DNA from: an uncultured Pseudomonadota bacterium
Lineage (GTDB): Bacteria; Pseudomonadota; Alphaproteobacteria; Rs-D84
NCBI GenBank assembly: GCA_902776515.1
Contig: CACYQE010000006.1
Span: 1-39,579 of the forward strand
Length of the DNA: 39,579 nucleotides
Reading direction: 5' to 3'
Made by a program: the position numbers and the translations under genes
In this document: in pieces, positions 26,288 to 35,802 of the stretch
How the letters are laid out: each line of letters begins with the position of its first letter
Numbering within the stretch: the stretch's first letter is position 1
Notes under the pieces: model-generated
What the model was told of the DNA's origin: nothing
Databases searched by the model: none
Seen by the model: only the letters and a program-made list of their open reading frames with translations

Positions 26288-27877
26288 ATGAACAAACTTT
26301 TAAAATTTATCTGTCTGGGTGCTTTGTTGGCTGGTTGTGCTGGCACCGGCAATCGGTGGTATTCCGCATCCGAAAAAGAAGCTGTTTCGACACCTGCGAT
26401 GTTGCAATATGGTTCATATTCGGCAAATATGTACGGCACAGCGGGTCAATCGCACAAAATTGCGGTTTTGTTACCGACATCGGGTAAAAATGCAATTGTC
26501 GGGCAATCAATTCGTCCTGCGATTGAAATGGCGGCAATGGAATTTGCCCCGGACGGATTACAAATAAACTTTTTTGATACTGGAAACGGAAACCCGACCG
26601 AGGTCATAGCCCGTGCATTGGATACAGACCCCGATATCATCATTGGACCAGTATTTGCAGAAAATGCCAAAACCATACGTGCATTAAAACCATCCTATTT
26701 ACCAGTATTATCGTTTACATCTGATATATCAGCCGTTGGTGACGGGGTGATGAGTATGTCTCTTATGCCAACAAATACAATCGAAGCGATAATGCAACGT
26801 ATGAAACAAAACGGTTCTGAAAAATTTATAATAATAGCCCCGGACAGCCAATCCGGTCATATTATGGCGGGTATAGCCAAAAGTTTGAACGGAACATATA
26901 ACTTGGAAAATACCGGTGTGTTCTTTTATACCGAAGGTAACAGTGAATCTTTGCGTGCAACAACTATGGCGGCTGCTATGTATACGCCACGCAATGCCGC
27001 GAACACACGTGCCAAGGAAATTTTATCTGATATATTAAATCACGAAGAACTTTCCGGGACTGAACGCGTGTCCATCGCAAATCAACTTGAACACATAAAA
27101 AAACGGGATACATTGGGTGAAATTCCTTATGATTCTGTATTATTCCTTGGTAACGGGCACGATACAAAATCATTGGCATCATTTATGCGGTATTTTGATA
27201 TAGGTGTTCACGATGCAAAATTTTATGGAACATCCTTGTGGGAAGGTGGCGATATGGAATCAGATATCACCATGACAGGTTCTGAATTTGCCACATTACC
27301 GGAAATTCCAACAAGATTTTCTGAATCATATCAAAACGCTACTGGAATTGCGGCCCCACGCATGGCGGCAATCGGATACGATGCAACAATGCTGGCCATA
27401 GATGCAATTTATTCTAATGATGACATATCTGGCAAGTTATTGAATCAAAGTGGATATATCGGAACAAACGGATTATTCAGATTGCGTCCAAACGGTTCAA
27501 ACGAACGTGCGTTACAAATCGCCAGGCTAAATGGTGACAACACCGTCACTGTGATAAAAAAGCCCGCCGAAACATTTATTGAATCAATGTATTCTTTGAA
27601 TTCTAACAATATAACACCGGCCGAAAGTATGTCATTAAATACACCAGGGGTAAATCCGAACAAATACCTTGATTTGCCGGAAAGATTACGCAAAAAATAT
27701 CGTTCTAAAACATACGGTGCAAATTATACCCCGGCAATCACAACCCCGGAATTACCGGCTGTAACGGTGTTACCCGAAGATGACAGTGACGTTTCTGTAA
27801 CGGCCGAAAACTATGAACCGGTAAAACTGGAAAGCGTCAGCCGGAATTATATAGAATCAACAGAAATAATAGAATAA
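26288..27877 (+). CDS. LpoA-like penicillin-binding-protein activator lipoprotein (periplasmic-binding-protein fold)
   Basis: Lipobox LLAGC after the ATG at 26288. Type-I PBP-like core (KIAVLLPTSGKNAIVGQSI...). Divergent from rsmI as in the known rsmI/lpoA arrangement. The ORF-track start at 26225 overlaps rsmI and is unlikely. Confidence 0.65.
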   Translation: MNKLLKFICLGALLAGCAGTGNRWYSASEKEAVSTPAMLQYGSYSANMYGTAGQSHKIAVLLPTSGKNAIVGQSIRPAIEMAAMEFAPDGLQINFFDTGNGNPTEVIARALDTDPDIIIGPVFAENAKTIRALKPSYLPVLSFTSDISAVGDGVMSMSLMPTNTIEAIMQRMKQNGSEKFIIIAPDSQSGHIMAGIAKSLNGTYNLENTGVFFYTEGNSESLRATTMAAAMYTPRNAANTRAKEILSDILNHEELSGTERVSIANQLEHIKKRDTLGEIPYDSVLFLGNGHDTKSLASFMRYFDIGVHDAKFYGTSLWEGGDMESDITMTGSEFATLPEIPTRFSESYQNATGIAAPRMAAIGYDATMLAIDAIYSNDDISGKLLNQSGYIGTNGLFRLRPNGSNERALQIARLNGDNTVTVIKKPAETFIESMYSLNSNNITPAESMSLNTPGVNPNKYLDLPERLRKKYRSKTYGANYTPAITTPELPAVTVLPEDDSDVSVTAENYEPVKLESVSRNYIESTEIIE

Positions 27878-27892
27878 TCAAAGGGGAAAAAT

Positions 27893-28147
27893 ATGAAAAG
27901 AGAATATAAAATACTGATTACGTGTTTTGTTATCACAATTATCACGTCAATTTTAACATCTTTTTTAACAACTAAATTTTACCTTGCGAAAACAGATGGT
28001 GAATATATTGAAATGTGCAAAAACAACCAAAAGCCAGATGAACACGGCTGTTGCCCGGGTGAAACATATACAGATATGAAAGACGAAGGTTTTAATTGTT
28101 GTCCGAATGATGGTGGTGATTGTTTTCCACCAATCAATAAAAACTAG
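27893..28147 (+). CDS. Small membrane-anchored Cys-rich protein, unknown family
   Basis: 84 aa. One N-terminal TM helix (ILITCFVITIITSILTSFLTT). The ectodomain has 6 Cys including two CCP motifs (GCCPGE, NCCPND). AAAGGGGA RBS at good spacing. Confidence 0.55.
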   Translation: MKREYKILITCFVITIITSILTSFLTTKFYLAKTDGEYIEMCKNNQKPDEHGCCPGETYTDMKDEGFNCCPNDGGDCFPPINKN

Positions 28148-29514
28148 TCTAACTTTCTTAAACTGATTTTATCTTCATCAACAATAACTAAATTTCCGGA
28201 TGTTATTCCAACACTGCGTGCGGCGTTAAAAGCATCACGCGGTGCAAATAGGTCCGGTTCATACATCGGAATAACCCCACGCGACAAACACAGTTGATTA
28301 GCAATCAGCATATTATCGCACACCGCGATAATAGGTATATCAGAACGCCGGCACGATATTTGTGTTGCGGTGTTTGTATCACGAGCAAAAACAATTATCG
28401 CAACCGCTTTGTTCAAAAAAGCCATAGAAGAAACAGAACGCGACCAATCGTTTTCTGGGGCATTTTCAACACGCAACCAATCATAAGGATTGTGTAACGC
28501 ATCCTCATCAGAATAAGTCATTATTTTATTCATTGTTTCAATAACATTCAACGGATTTGAACCAATTGTCGTTTCTTCGGATGTCATACCCGCATCGGCA
28601 CGCAAATAAGAAGTGTTTGCAACATCACTTATTTCGGCCCTTGTTGGAAATTCACTGTTTACCATTGTTCCCAACATTTGTGTTGCCATTATAACAGGTC
28701 GGTTTAATTTTCTGCATTCACGAATTATATGACGTGAAATGGCCGGCACCCGTTCAAACGGTAATTCAACCGCCAAATCACCACGTGCAATCATTATTCC
28801 ATCCGCCGCAGATGCAATTTCTGACAACCTGTCAACTGCATTTCCGCGTTCTATTTTTGCCATGATTTTAATTGGATACGAAACACGCTGGGTAATAAAA
28901 TCACGAACTTCGGCAATATCTTCGGGACGTTGCACAAAAGAAACAGCCACCCAATCAGGCTGTTTGGTTAACGCATATTCCAAATCCGCCCTGTCCTTTT
29001 CGGTTAAAACAGATGTTTCTACATTCGTATCCGGCAAATTAAATCCACGTCGTGACCATATTTCTGTTCCACGTATAACGGTTGCCTGAACAGATGTTGG
29101 TTCCGCGGATACAACCTGCATTTCAATTTTTCCATCATTTAATAAAATGCGTTCGCCCGGTTTTAACGACCTTAATACATCTGCATCCGGCAAACAAACA
29201 CGTTTTGAATCCCCTGGTTTTGGATTGGAATCAAAGGTAAAAATCTGACCCGGGACCAATGGATATTTTTCTTCGGTTTTAAAAACACCTATACGATGTT
29301 TCGGGCCTTGTAAATCAATCATTATTGCCACAGGTTTATTTAATTCAGTTGATATTTCACGAATGATATCTATTTTGTGCCCTTGGGTTTCGCCCGTATC
29401 ATGACTAAAATTCAAACGGCAAACATCAACACCCGCCAAAATCATTTGACGTAAAATATCTTTGCTTTCACAGCTTGGGCCAATTGATGCAACAATTTTG
29501 GTAAATCTGTCCAT
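28144..29514 (-). CDS. pyk: Pyruvate kinase
   Basis: KIVASIGPS...GVDVCRLNFSH, ...MIARGDLAVE..., ...ATQMLGTM. 456 aa. Confidence 0.93.
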   Translation of the reverse strand: MDRFTKIVASIGPSCESKDILRQMILAGVDVCRLNFSHDTGETQGHKIDIIREISTELNKPVAIMIDLQGPKHRIGVFKTEEKYPLVPGQIFTFDSNPKPGDSKRVCLPDADVLRSLKPGERILLNDGKIEMQVVSAEPTSVQATVIRGTEIWSRRGFNLPDTNVETSVLTEKDRADLEYALTKQPDWVAVSFVQRPEDIAEVRDFITQRVSYPIKIMAKIERGNAVDRLSEIASAADGIMIARGDLAVELPFERVPAISRHIIRECRKLNRPVIMATQMLGTMVNSEFPTRAEISDVANTSYLRADAGMTSEETTIGSNPLNVIETMNKIMTYSDEDALHNPYDWLRVENAPENDWSRSVSSMAFLNKAVAIIVFARDTNTATQISCRRSDIPIIAVCDNMLIANQLCLSRGVIPMYEPDLFAPRDAFNAARSVGITSGNLVIVDEDKISLRKLD

Positions 29515-29536
29515 TTTTACATTCTCTTCCGACTTT

Positions 29537-29565
29537 TTGTTGATTTTTACGATTTATGGTATATC
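29537..29565 (+). promoter_or_regulatory. Putative promoter of the DUF2312 gene, extended -10 type
   Basis: TTGTTG (29537-29542), 17-nt spacer ending in TGg, TATATC (29560-29565). AAGGGGA RBS before the ATG at 29600. Confidence 0.4.
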
Positions 29566-29599
29566 ATAAAAAGCGGACATAAACAAGGGGAAAAGAAAT

Positions 29600-29848
29600 A
29601 TGAAAAACGCAAACCATGGTGCAATTGACAATCAACAATTGCTTAGCATTATCGAAAGAATTGAAAAATTAAACGAAGATGCCGCCGCTATTGCTGCAGA
29701 TGTCAAAGAAATTTACAGCGAAGCAAAATCCGCAGGATTTGATCCAAAATATATTCGCCAAATGATACGTTTACGTAAAATGGACCCTGACGAATTGGAT
29801 GAAACAGACGAATTAACCCAAATGTACAGAAACGCACTGGGGTTATAA
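29600..29848 (+). CDS. gapR: DUF2312/UPF0335 protein (GapR-like nucleoid-associated protein)
   Basis: 82 aa. QLLSIIERIEKLNEDAAAIAADVKEIYSEAKSAGFDPKYIRQMIRLRKMD matches the DUF2312 family, to which Caulobacter GapR belongs. Confidence 0.8.
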   Translation: MKNANHGAIDNQQLLSIIERIEKLNEDAAAIAADVKEIYSEAKSAGFDPKYIRQMIRLRKMDPDELDETDELTQMYRNALGL

Positions 29849-29852
29849 TTGT

Positions 29853-30167
29853 ATGAAGAGATTTACCAAAACCGTTGAAAATTTTACATGCACCCATTGT
29901 GGTGCAACGGTTTTTGGTAATGGGTATACCAATCATTGTCCCAAATGTTTGTGGTCAAAACACGTGGATAATAATCCCGGTGACCGGGCATCAAAATGTG
30001 GCGGAATGATGTATCCTGTATCCGCAGAACCCACAGGTGACCGATTTATAATAACGCATAAATGTGAAAAATGCGGGAAAACAATACGCCAACACTCATC
30101 ACCAGATGACGACATAAATGCAATAATTGAATTATCTATAAACAATGAATTTATATTCGGTAAGTAA
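29853..30167 (+). CDS. RNHCP domain zinc-ribbon protein
   Basis: FTCTHCG..V.....YTNHCPKCLWSKHVD...PGDRASKCGGMM and a second CEKCG pair. The literal TNHCP motif is present. Confidence 0.75.
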   Translation: MKRFTKTVENFTCTHCGATVFGNGYTNHCPKCLWSKHVDNNPGDRASKCGGMMYPVSAEPTGDRFIITHKCEKCGKTIRQHSSPDDDINAIIELSINNEFIFGK

Positions 30168-32118
30168 AGAATATTTTAACCGGGTTTATAATTGGATAAA
30201 ACTGCAAAAAACAAATTTATTTCTGTGGTCCCCTATTATTATGGCGTTTGGTATGGGACTTTATTTTACGGTTTTTAATGAACCGAATATAATCCTGCTA
30301 ATTTTATCTTTGGTTTTCGGAATTTGTGGATTTAGCATATTTCATAAAAAGTCATTAATTATAATTTTATCATGCTTTGCATTTGGTTTTGGATATGCGG
30401 GAATTTACTCTCATCTTAAAAACACACAACAAATTTCACATGATATACATAACCTGGAAATTGTTGGAACAGTCACAAAACTTGAACACGCTGGCGATAA
30501 ATTAAGAATTTTTTTGAACACCGATAAATACGGCAAAATACGTGTATCAAGCAAAGATAACCCGGAAATAAATATTGGTGACACAATCTCTGGGGCGGGC
30601 GGTTTATTTAGGCCATCGCCTGCATATATGCCACAAACATTTGATTTTGCACGTTGGGCTTACTTTAATGGCATAACCGCCACAGGATATATAAATCATC
30701 CAACCGTTATTAACACCAAAACAAACAAAAACTTTAATCATATACGCTGGAAAATTCATACCGAATCAAAATCTTTTCTAACCGATGCCCTGATTTTAGG
30801 CTATCAAAAAACATTGCCACCCGAACATCGCGATATTTGGACCCAAAATGGTATAGCACACATCTGGTCAATCAGCGGATTTCATTTGACACTTTTATCA
30901 GGATGGTTTTTGGCGTTATTTTACATTATTTTCAGATGTATTCCGAAAATAACCAAACGTGTCCCGGCACGTATTCCTGCAGCCATTTGTGCATGGGTAT
31001 GTTTGATTGGTTATGTTGCATTATCTGGTTCTGGGATTGCAACTTTGCGGTCCTTTGTTATGGCCACACTTGTTATGGTTGCATTTATTTTAGGACGAAA
31101 CATTATATCATTACGCACAGTCTGTATGGCCTTTCTCGTTTTGATTTTAATAAATCCACATTACATTATGACGGCCGGTTTTCAACTCTCGTTTGCGGCT
31201 ATATTTGGCTTGGTTTGGTTGTGGACAGATTTAAAACCAACCCTGCCTACAAACAAGGCATTAAAATATCTGTATGCAACAATTTTAACTGCATTGACCG
31301 CAACCATATTTACCACCCCGTTTATTATTGCACATTTTAATTCAATTCCTCTTTATGGTTTGATTGGCAACCTTGTGTTTTTACCGATATTTTCTTTTGT
31401 TATAATGCCACTGGTTTTTATTGGAACGATATGTGCCTTGGTTGGCATCAACGCACCAATTGAATTTACCCATCAAATATATGACAAGTTATTAGACTTT
31501 GCGACCAGTATAACCAAATTACCCTGGTCAAATATATCGACAGGGAATCTTACAAACACAGCCCTTGTTTTATTTATTCTGGGGTTTGCGTTTTTGATAT
31601 TTATAAAAAACGATGATATGTTTAAGCATATCGTTACGCGACATATAAACGTGGCTTTTGCTATTGTATTTTGTGCAATGGGGATATTTACAGCCGCCAT
31701 AACCCCACGACCAATATTTTATATAACGCCCGACAAAAACCTAATTGGATATATCCAAGATGGAAAATTGAAATTTAATAAAACCAAAGATAGTAATAAT
31801 TACTTTGCTTTTGAAACATGGAAAAAATCAAATCAGGAACCAACTGATACACCAAACATAAAGCTTAACAAAACCCGCGGCATAAACGAAATTAAAACAC
31901 CAAAATGGACGTTGGTTTACGCACAACGATTTATGCCATTGTCAAAAAACATTATTTCGTGGTGTAATAATCCAGATATAAAATTTATCGCATCTTATTT
32001 TGATATAACATCAAGTAAATGTAAAAACAAAATAATTTCTGGGTGTGGTGTTATATATAAATCAGGCAAAATAAAATACATAAACACTAATCGTTTGTGG
32101 CATAATCCGCGGCCATAA
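30145..32118 (+). CDS. comEC: ComEC/Rec2 family competence membrane protein (no beta-lactamase domain apparent)
   Basis: 657 aa, polytopic. DUF4131-like N-terminal part. Competence-domain segment GIAHIWSISGFHLTLLSGW...SGSGIATLRSFVM. Confidence 0.85.
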   Translation: MNLYSVSKEYFNRVYNWIKLQKTNLFLWSPIIMAFGMGLYFTVFNEPNIILLILSLVFGICGFSIFHKKSLIIILSCFAFGFGYAGIYSHLKNTQQISHDIHNLEIVGTVTKLEHAGDKLRIFLNTDKYGKIRVSSKDNPEINIGDTISGAGGLFRPSPAYMPQTFDFARWAYFNGITATGYINHPTVINTKTNKNFNHIRWKIHTESKSFLTDALILGYQKTLPPEHRDIWTQNGIAHIWSISGFHLTLLSGWFLALFYIIFRCIPKITKRVPARIPAAICAWVCLIGYVALSGSGIATLRSFVMATLVMVAFILGRNIISLRTVCMAFLVLILINPHYIMTAGFQLSFAAIFGLVWLWTDLKPTLPTNKALKYLYATILTALTATIFTTPFIIAHFNSIPLYGLIGNLVFLPIFSFVIMPLVFIGTICALVGINAPIEFTHQIYDKLLDFATSITKLPWSNISTGNLTNTALVLFILGFAFLIFIKNDDMFKHIVTRHINVAFAIVFCAMGIFTAAITPRPIFYITPDKNLIGYIQDGKLKFNKTKDSNNYFAFETWKKSNQEPTDTPNIKLNKTRGINEIKTPKWTLVYAQRFMPLSKNIISWCNNPDIKFIASYFDITSSKCKNKIISGCGVIYKSGKIKYINTNRLWHNPRP

Positions 32119-32830
32119 AAAACAAACCGTCTGCGGGTGCGGTTGCACCGGCCGCACTGCGGTTTTTGGCTGCAAAAATATCATCTATGTCATACGGTTT
32201 TCCATGTCCAATTTCAACCAATGTTCCCACCATATTTCGAACCTGATGATGCAAAAAAGAACGTGCAGAAAATTCAAAAATGATTAAATCACCATCTGTT
32301 TTAATTTCGCAACTGTCCAAAGTTTTTATTGGACTTTTTGCTTGGCACATAGAAGCACGAAAACTTGTAAAATCGTGATTTCCAATTAACTTTTTTGCCT
32401 GAATCCGCATTGTATCAACATCCAGTTTTTTCGGAACCCACCAAACACGATTTTTATTCAAAACAGGTGCCGCCGAACGATTTAATACAACATATTTATA
32501 ATGACGTGCGACACACGAAAAACGGGCATGAAAATCATCGCTTGTTTCAACACAAGACAAAACAACCACAGGCTGATTTATCAAATAAAAATTAACTGCA
32601 CGCATAATTGTATTTGAATCAAAATCACCATCCAAATCAAAATGTGCAACCATATTAGCGGCGTGCACCCCTGCATCTGTCCGTCCCGCACCAACAATAT
32701 CAGGCCGCATGCCACAAAATTTTTCAAATGCATCTTTTAATACAGATTGCACAGACGGGCCCTGGCGGTTTTCCTGCCATCCTATTAAATTTGTTCCGTC
32801 ATATTCCAATGCAATCCTGTATCGTGTCAT
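32087..32830 (-). CDS. truA: tRNA pseudouridine(38-40) synthase TruA
   Basis: YRIALEYDGTNLIGWQ...GAGRTDAGVHA (catalytic Asp), FLHHQVRNMVGTL. Its 3' end overlaps the comEC 3' end by 32 nt. Confidence 0.93.
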   Translation of the reverse strand: MTRYRIALEYDGTNLIGWQENRQGPSVQSVLKDAFEKFCGMRPDIVGAGRTDAGVHAANMVAHFDLDGDFDSNTIMRAVNFYLINQPVVVLSCVETSDDFHARFSCVARHYKYVVLNRSAAPVLNKNRVWWVPKKLDVDTMRIQAKKLIGNHDFTSFRASMCQAKSPIKTLDSCEIKTDGDLIIFEFSARSFLHHQVRNMVGTLVEIGHGKPYDIDDIFAAKNRSAAGATAPADGLFFMAADYATND

Positions 32831-32832
32831 CT

Positions 32833-33636
32833 TTACTTACCAAATTCTATATTACTGCCATGCAAACCATTTACAAAACTTTTCCAATCCATCGGATTTT
32901 TGCCAGCCGGTTGTAAAGTCACAATTTCCAATTTGTTATCATTTAATTTTGTTTTTAATATCTTAACATCTTGACCGTTTATCTTGGTTCGACCGGCCCC
33001 CAACGCACGCACCAAGTTATGAATTTCCATTGGTGGTTTTGACCAATCTATGATTTCATCGGCCCCGGTAAATTTGCGTGTATACGTTGGATTTCCAAGC
33101 TGGGTCATTGGTGGATACATATCAGTATTTGACATATATTCATCTAACATTTCTGCACCTATTTTTGAAACCAAGGATTCAATATCAGAATTTGTATCAT
33201 CCGGACCAATTTCAAATTTGCGACACATATAAACGTCACCCGCATCCAATTCAGGGGTCACACGCATCAAACAAACACCACTTTCAGAATCGCCATTTAT
33301 AATCGCAGTTTTTATTGGTGATGGTCCGCGATACAGCGGCAACAAACTGGGGTGTATGTTTATACAAGGTGCAGATTTTAAAACATTTTCCCGCAAAATT
33401 GCACCATAGGCAACAACAACAACCATATCGGGTGAAAAATTATATTCACTTGTTTTATGATATACTGGATATCCCTTGGATTCAGCCCAAATATGAACCG
33501 GCGATTTTGTCATTATATGTTTACGCCCAACTGGTTTTGGTCCACGTGTAAAAACCGCCAAGACATCATGCTTAGCCGACACAGATTCAAAAATTGGGAC
33601 CACAAATTCGGGTGTCCCCATTAAAACAACTTTCAT
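32833..33636 (-). CDS. fmt: Methionyl-tRNA formyltransferase (short, 267 aa)
   Basis: MKVVLMGTPEF..., INIHPSLLPLYRGPSPI, LDAGDV. Directly follows def with a 4-nt overlap. Confidence 0.9.
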   Translation of the reverse strand: MKVVLMGTPEFVVPIFESVSAKHDVLAVFTRGPKPVGRKHIMTKSPVHIWAESKGYPVYHKTSEYNFSPDMVVVVAYGAILRENVLKSAPCINIHPSLLPLYRGPSPIKTAIINGDSESGVCLMRVTPELDAGDVYMCRKFEIGPDDTNSDIESLVSKIGAEMLDEYMSNTDMYPPMTQLGNPTYTRKFTGADEIIDWSKPPMEIHNLVRALGAGRTKINGQDVKILKTKLNDNKLEIVTLQPAGKNPMDWKSFVNGLHGSNIEFGK

Positions 33637-34133
33637 TTGTGCCGCCTTACCTTACGCATAACCATCTCACGCTTTACGGGCGATAAATAATCGATAAACA
33701 AAACACCATCCAAATGATCCGTTTCGTGTTGAATAATGCGGGCGGGCAAACCAGACATTTCCGCCGCACAGGGATGCCCCTGTTCATCAATCCATTCAAC
33801 AGTAACAGAATCAGGCCGCGAAACATTTGCAAAAACCGGTAAATTATCGGGCCCCAACACCGACAAACACCCTTCTTCCATAATAACAGTCTTGGTGCCA
33901 CGACCGGTGATTTTTGGATTTACCATCTTAAAAACTTCCCCTGAATCGGGGTTCATCATCACTAAAAAACGTTTTGTTATACCAACCTGGGGGGCGGCAA
34001 GCCCAACACCATTTTGTTCCGCCATCATTTTGACCATTTCATCCATCGCAGACAAAACATCAGGTGTGATTTCGTCAACAGGTTCACACTTTTCACGCAA
34101 AACTAAATCGCCACAAAGTTTCATTTGCAACAT
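33633..34133 (-). CDS. def: Peptide deformylase
   Basis: GVGLAAPQVG, EGCLS and QHETDHLDG, the three PDF motifs. 166 aa. Confidence 0.95.
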   Translation of the reverse strand: MLQMKLCGDLVLREKCEPVDEITPDVLSAMDEMVKMMAEQNGVGLAAPQVGITKRFLVMMNPDSGEVFKMVNPKITGRGTKTVIMEEGCLSVLGPDNLPVFANVSRPDSVTVEWIDEQGHPCAAEMSGLPARIIQHETDHLDGVLFIDYLSPVKREMVMRKVRRHK

Positions 34134-34168
34134 TTTTAAATCCTTTTATAATAAATATAGCAAAGGAA

Positions 34169-35053
34169 TTGGAAATGACAACTTATATTTTGATTGCGAT
34201 GTTGGGAATTGTGATAATTATGCTGTTCGTGTTATTGATGCGGCCGGCAACGGTTGACATATCCCCATTGCGGGAAGATAATACCCGTCTGCGGGAACGA
34301 TTGGCGGAACGACTTGGTGCATTGGCACAAAATGCGACCGAATTAAAAAATATCAGTGCGGATATCGCAAATTTTAAAAACATCCTTATGGGCAACAAAC
34401 AGGCACGCGGAACATTCGGCGAAAGACAATTAGAAGATTTGGTTGCGGATATTATGCCCCCGGAATCCTACGCCTTTCAAAGTGTTCTGGAAACGGGTGT
34501 TCGTCCTGATTGTATTATCAAATTGCCCTATCCCCCTGGTGATATGGTGATTGACAGCAAATTCCCGCTGGAATCATATAATCGTATGATAGAAAGTGAT
34601 GACAATGGCATGTATCACAAACAATTTGAATTAGATGTCCGCAAACATATTGATGCAATCGCCGAAAAGTATATTATTGCCGGCGTAACCGCCGAAACAG
34701 CAATGATGTTTATTGCATCTGAATCCATATTCGAAACACTGCACCGTGAATTTCCGAATACAATAGAATATGCCGCGAAAAAGAAGGTGTTTATTGTATC
34801 ACCTGCAACATTGTGGGCAACGTTAAACACTGTACGTGCGGTATTATCAGACATAAAGATAAAGCGGGTTGCTGGCCAAATCAAAAAAGAATTGGATTTA
34901 TTACTGACCGATTTATCACGATTGTCCGAACGTGCCACACGCGTTCAACAGCACTTTAATTTGGCACAAACAGATATAGAACAGTTGCAAACATCAATCA
35001 ATAAAATATCCCCCCGTGCCGAAAAAATAAAAGATTTAGATTTTGATAAATAA
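34169..35053 (+). CDS. rmuC: DNA recombination protein RmuC (short form, 294 aa)
   Basis: N-terminal TM helix, then ARGTFGERQLEDL...RPDCIIKLP....VIDSKFPLESY...MFIASESIF, the RmuC-domain motifs. Confidence 0.85.
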   Translation: MEMTTYILIAMLGIVIIMLFVLLMRPATVDISPLREDNTRLRERLAERLGALAQNATELKNISADIANFKNILMGNKQARGTFGERQLEDLVADIMPPESYAFQSVLETGVRPDCIIKLPYPPGDMVIDSKFPLESYNRMIESDDNGMYHKQFELDVRKHIDAIAEKYIIAGVTAETAMMFIASESIFETLHREFPNTIEYAAKKKVFIVSPATLWATLNTVRAVLSDIKIKRVAGQIKKELDLLLTDLSRLSERATRVQQHFNLAQTDIEQLQTSINKISPRAEKIKDLDFDK

Positions 35054-35055
35054 CA

Positions 35056-35077
35056 AACGGGTGCAATCGCACCCGTT
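35056..35077. terminator. Hairpin between convergent rmuC (+) and the HAD hydrolase gene (-)
   Basis: AACGGGTGC (35056-35064), loop AATC, GCACCCGTT (35069-35077). There is no clear T-run on either side, so intrinsic-terminator function is uncertain. Confidence 0.5.
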
Positions 35078-35087
35078 AACTAACCAC

Positions 35088-35687
35088 TTACTTCGGCATA
35101 CCGGTTTTTGGGTTTATCCAAATCTGTTGGTCGGCAATTTCCATCATTGGCATATCGGTTACACTATCCGAATAAGCACGAACCACATGTGGTATAAACT
35201 TGTTTTCACGTGCCCATTCGTCCATGGCGTAAACCTTGTTCATTCCCCAGCATAAAAATTTATATTTCCAGGGTTTTTTCTCGCACATTTTTGAACAAAT
35301 TACCGCATCAAATTTCATATCACGAACCAAGGCCGGTATTAAATAATCCGCCGATGCAGAAACCAACACAACCTTGTTCCCGGCCGCACGTTCTGACGCG
35401 ACCTTTTCCGCCGCCCAGCCAAAACGATTACGCTTGTGTTCACGAATAAAACCCGGTGCGTATTTTTTTACCATTTTTTGTGTTAAAAAACGCCGCATAT
35501 TTTCACGCCACCACATTCCCTCAGGATACACACAACGTATAATCCAACACAAACCCATCAACGGCAAAAACAACCATGGTCTAACAGACCGATGCATACA
35601 ATAACGCCCAAACGCGAAATTAGAATCAGGCCACGATAATGTTCCATCAAAATCAAATAAAACTACATCAACTGGTTTTTGCATCAA
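35088..35687 (-). CDS. HAD-superfamily hydrolase (subfamily IB-like)
   Basis: Motif I VVLFDFDGTL, motif II VLVSAS, C-terminal YSDSVTDMPMM (motif IV). 199 aa. Confidence 0.75.
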   Translation of the reverse strand: MMQKPVDVVLFDFDGTLSWPDSNFAFGRYCMHRSVRPWLFLPLMGLCWIIRCVYPEGMWWRENMRRFLTQKMVKKYAPGFIREHKRNRFGWAAEKVASERAAGNKVVLVSASADYLIPALVRDMKFDAVICSKMCEKKPWKYKFLCWGMNKVYAMDEWARENKFIPHVVRAYSDSVTDMPMMEIADQQIWINPKTGMPK

Positions 35688-35727
35688 TACATCCTTTTTA
35701 TGGCATTATAAACAACTATTATAATTC

Positions 35728-35756
35728 TTGCAACTCTTAGTATGTTATACTATACT
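35728..35756 (+). promoter_or_regulatory. Putative promoter of thyA
   Basis: TTGCAA (35728-35733), 17-nt spacer, TATACT (35751-35756), followed by a purine-rich leader with GGAAA/AGGAAA before the ATG at 35803. Confidence 0.4.
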
Positions 35757-35802
35757 TCAGACGATATAGGGAAAAGAGAGGTAAAAGAAAGGAAATAATA
35801 AT

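Noticed and set aside
30837-31340. 167-aa alternative-frame plus-strand ORF inside comEC
   Set aside because: It is on the same strand but out of frame with a clearly recognisable ComEC domain. The Cys/Tyr/Phe-rich composition is typical of off-frame translation.
33736-34257. 173-aa plus-strand ORF antisense to def and overlapping the rmuC start
   Set aside because: def on the opposite strand has all three PDF motifs, so this is a shadow ORF.
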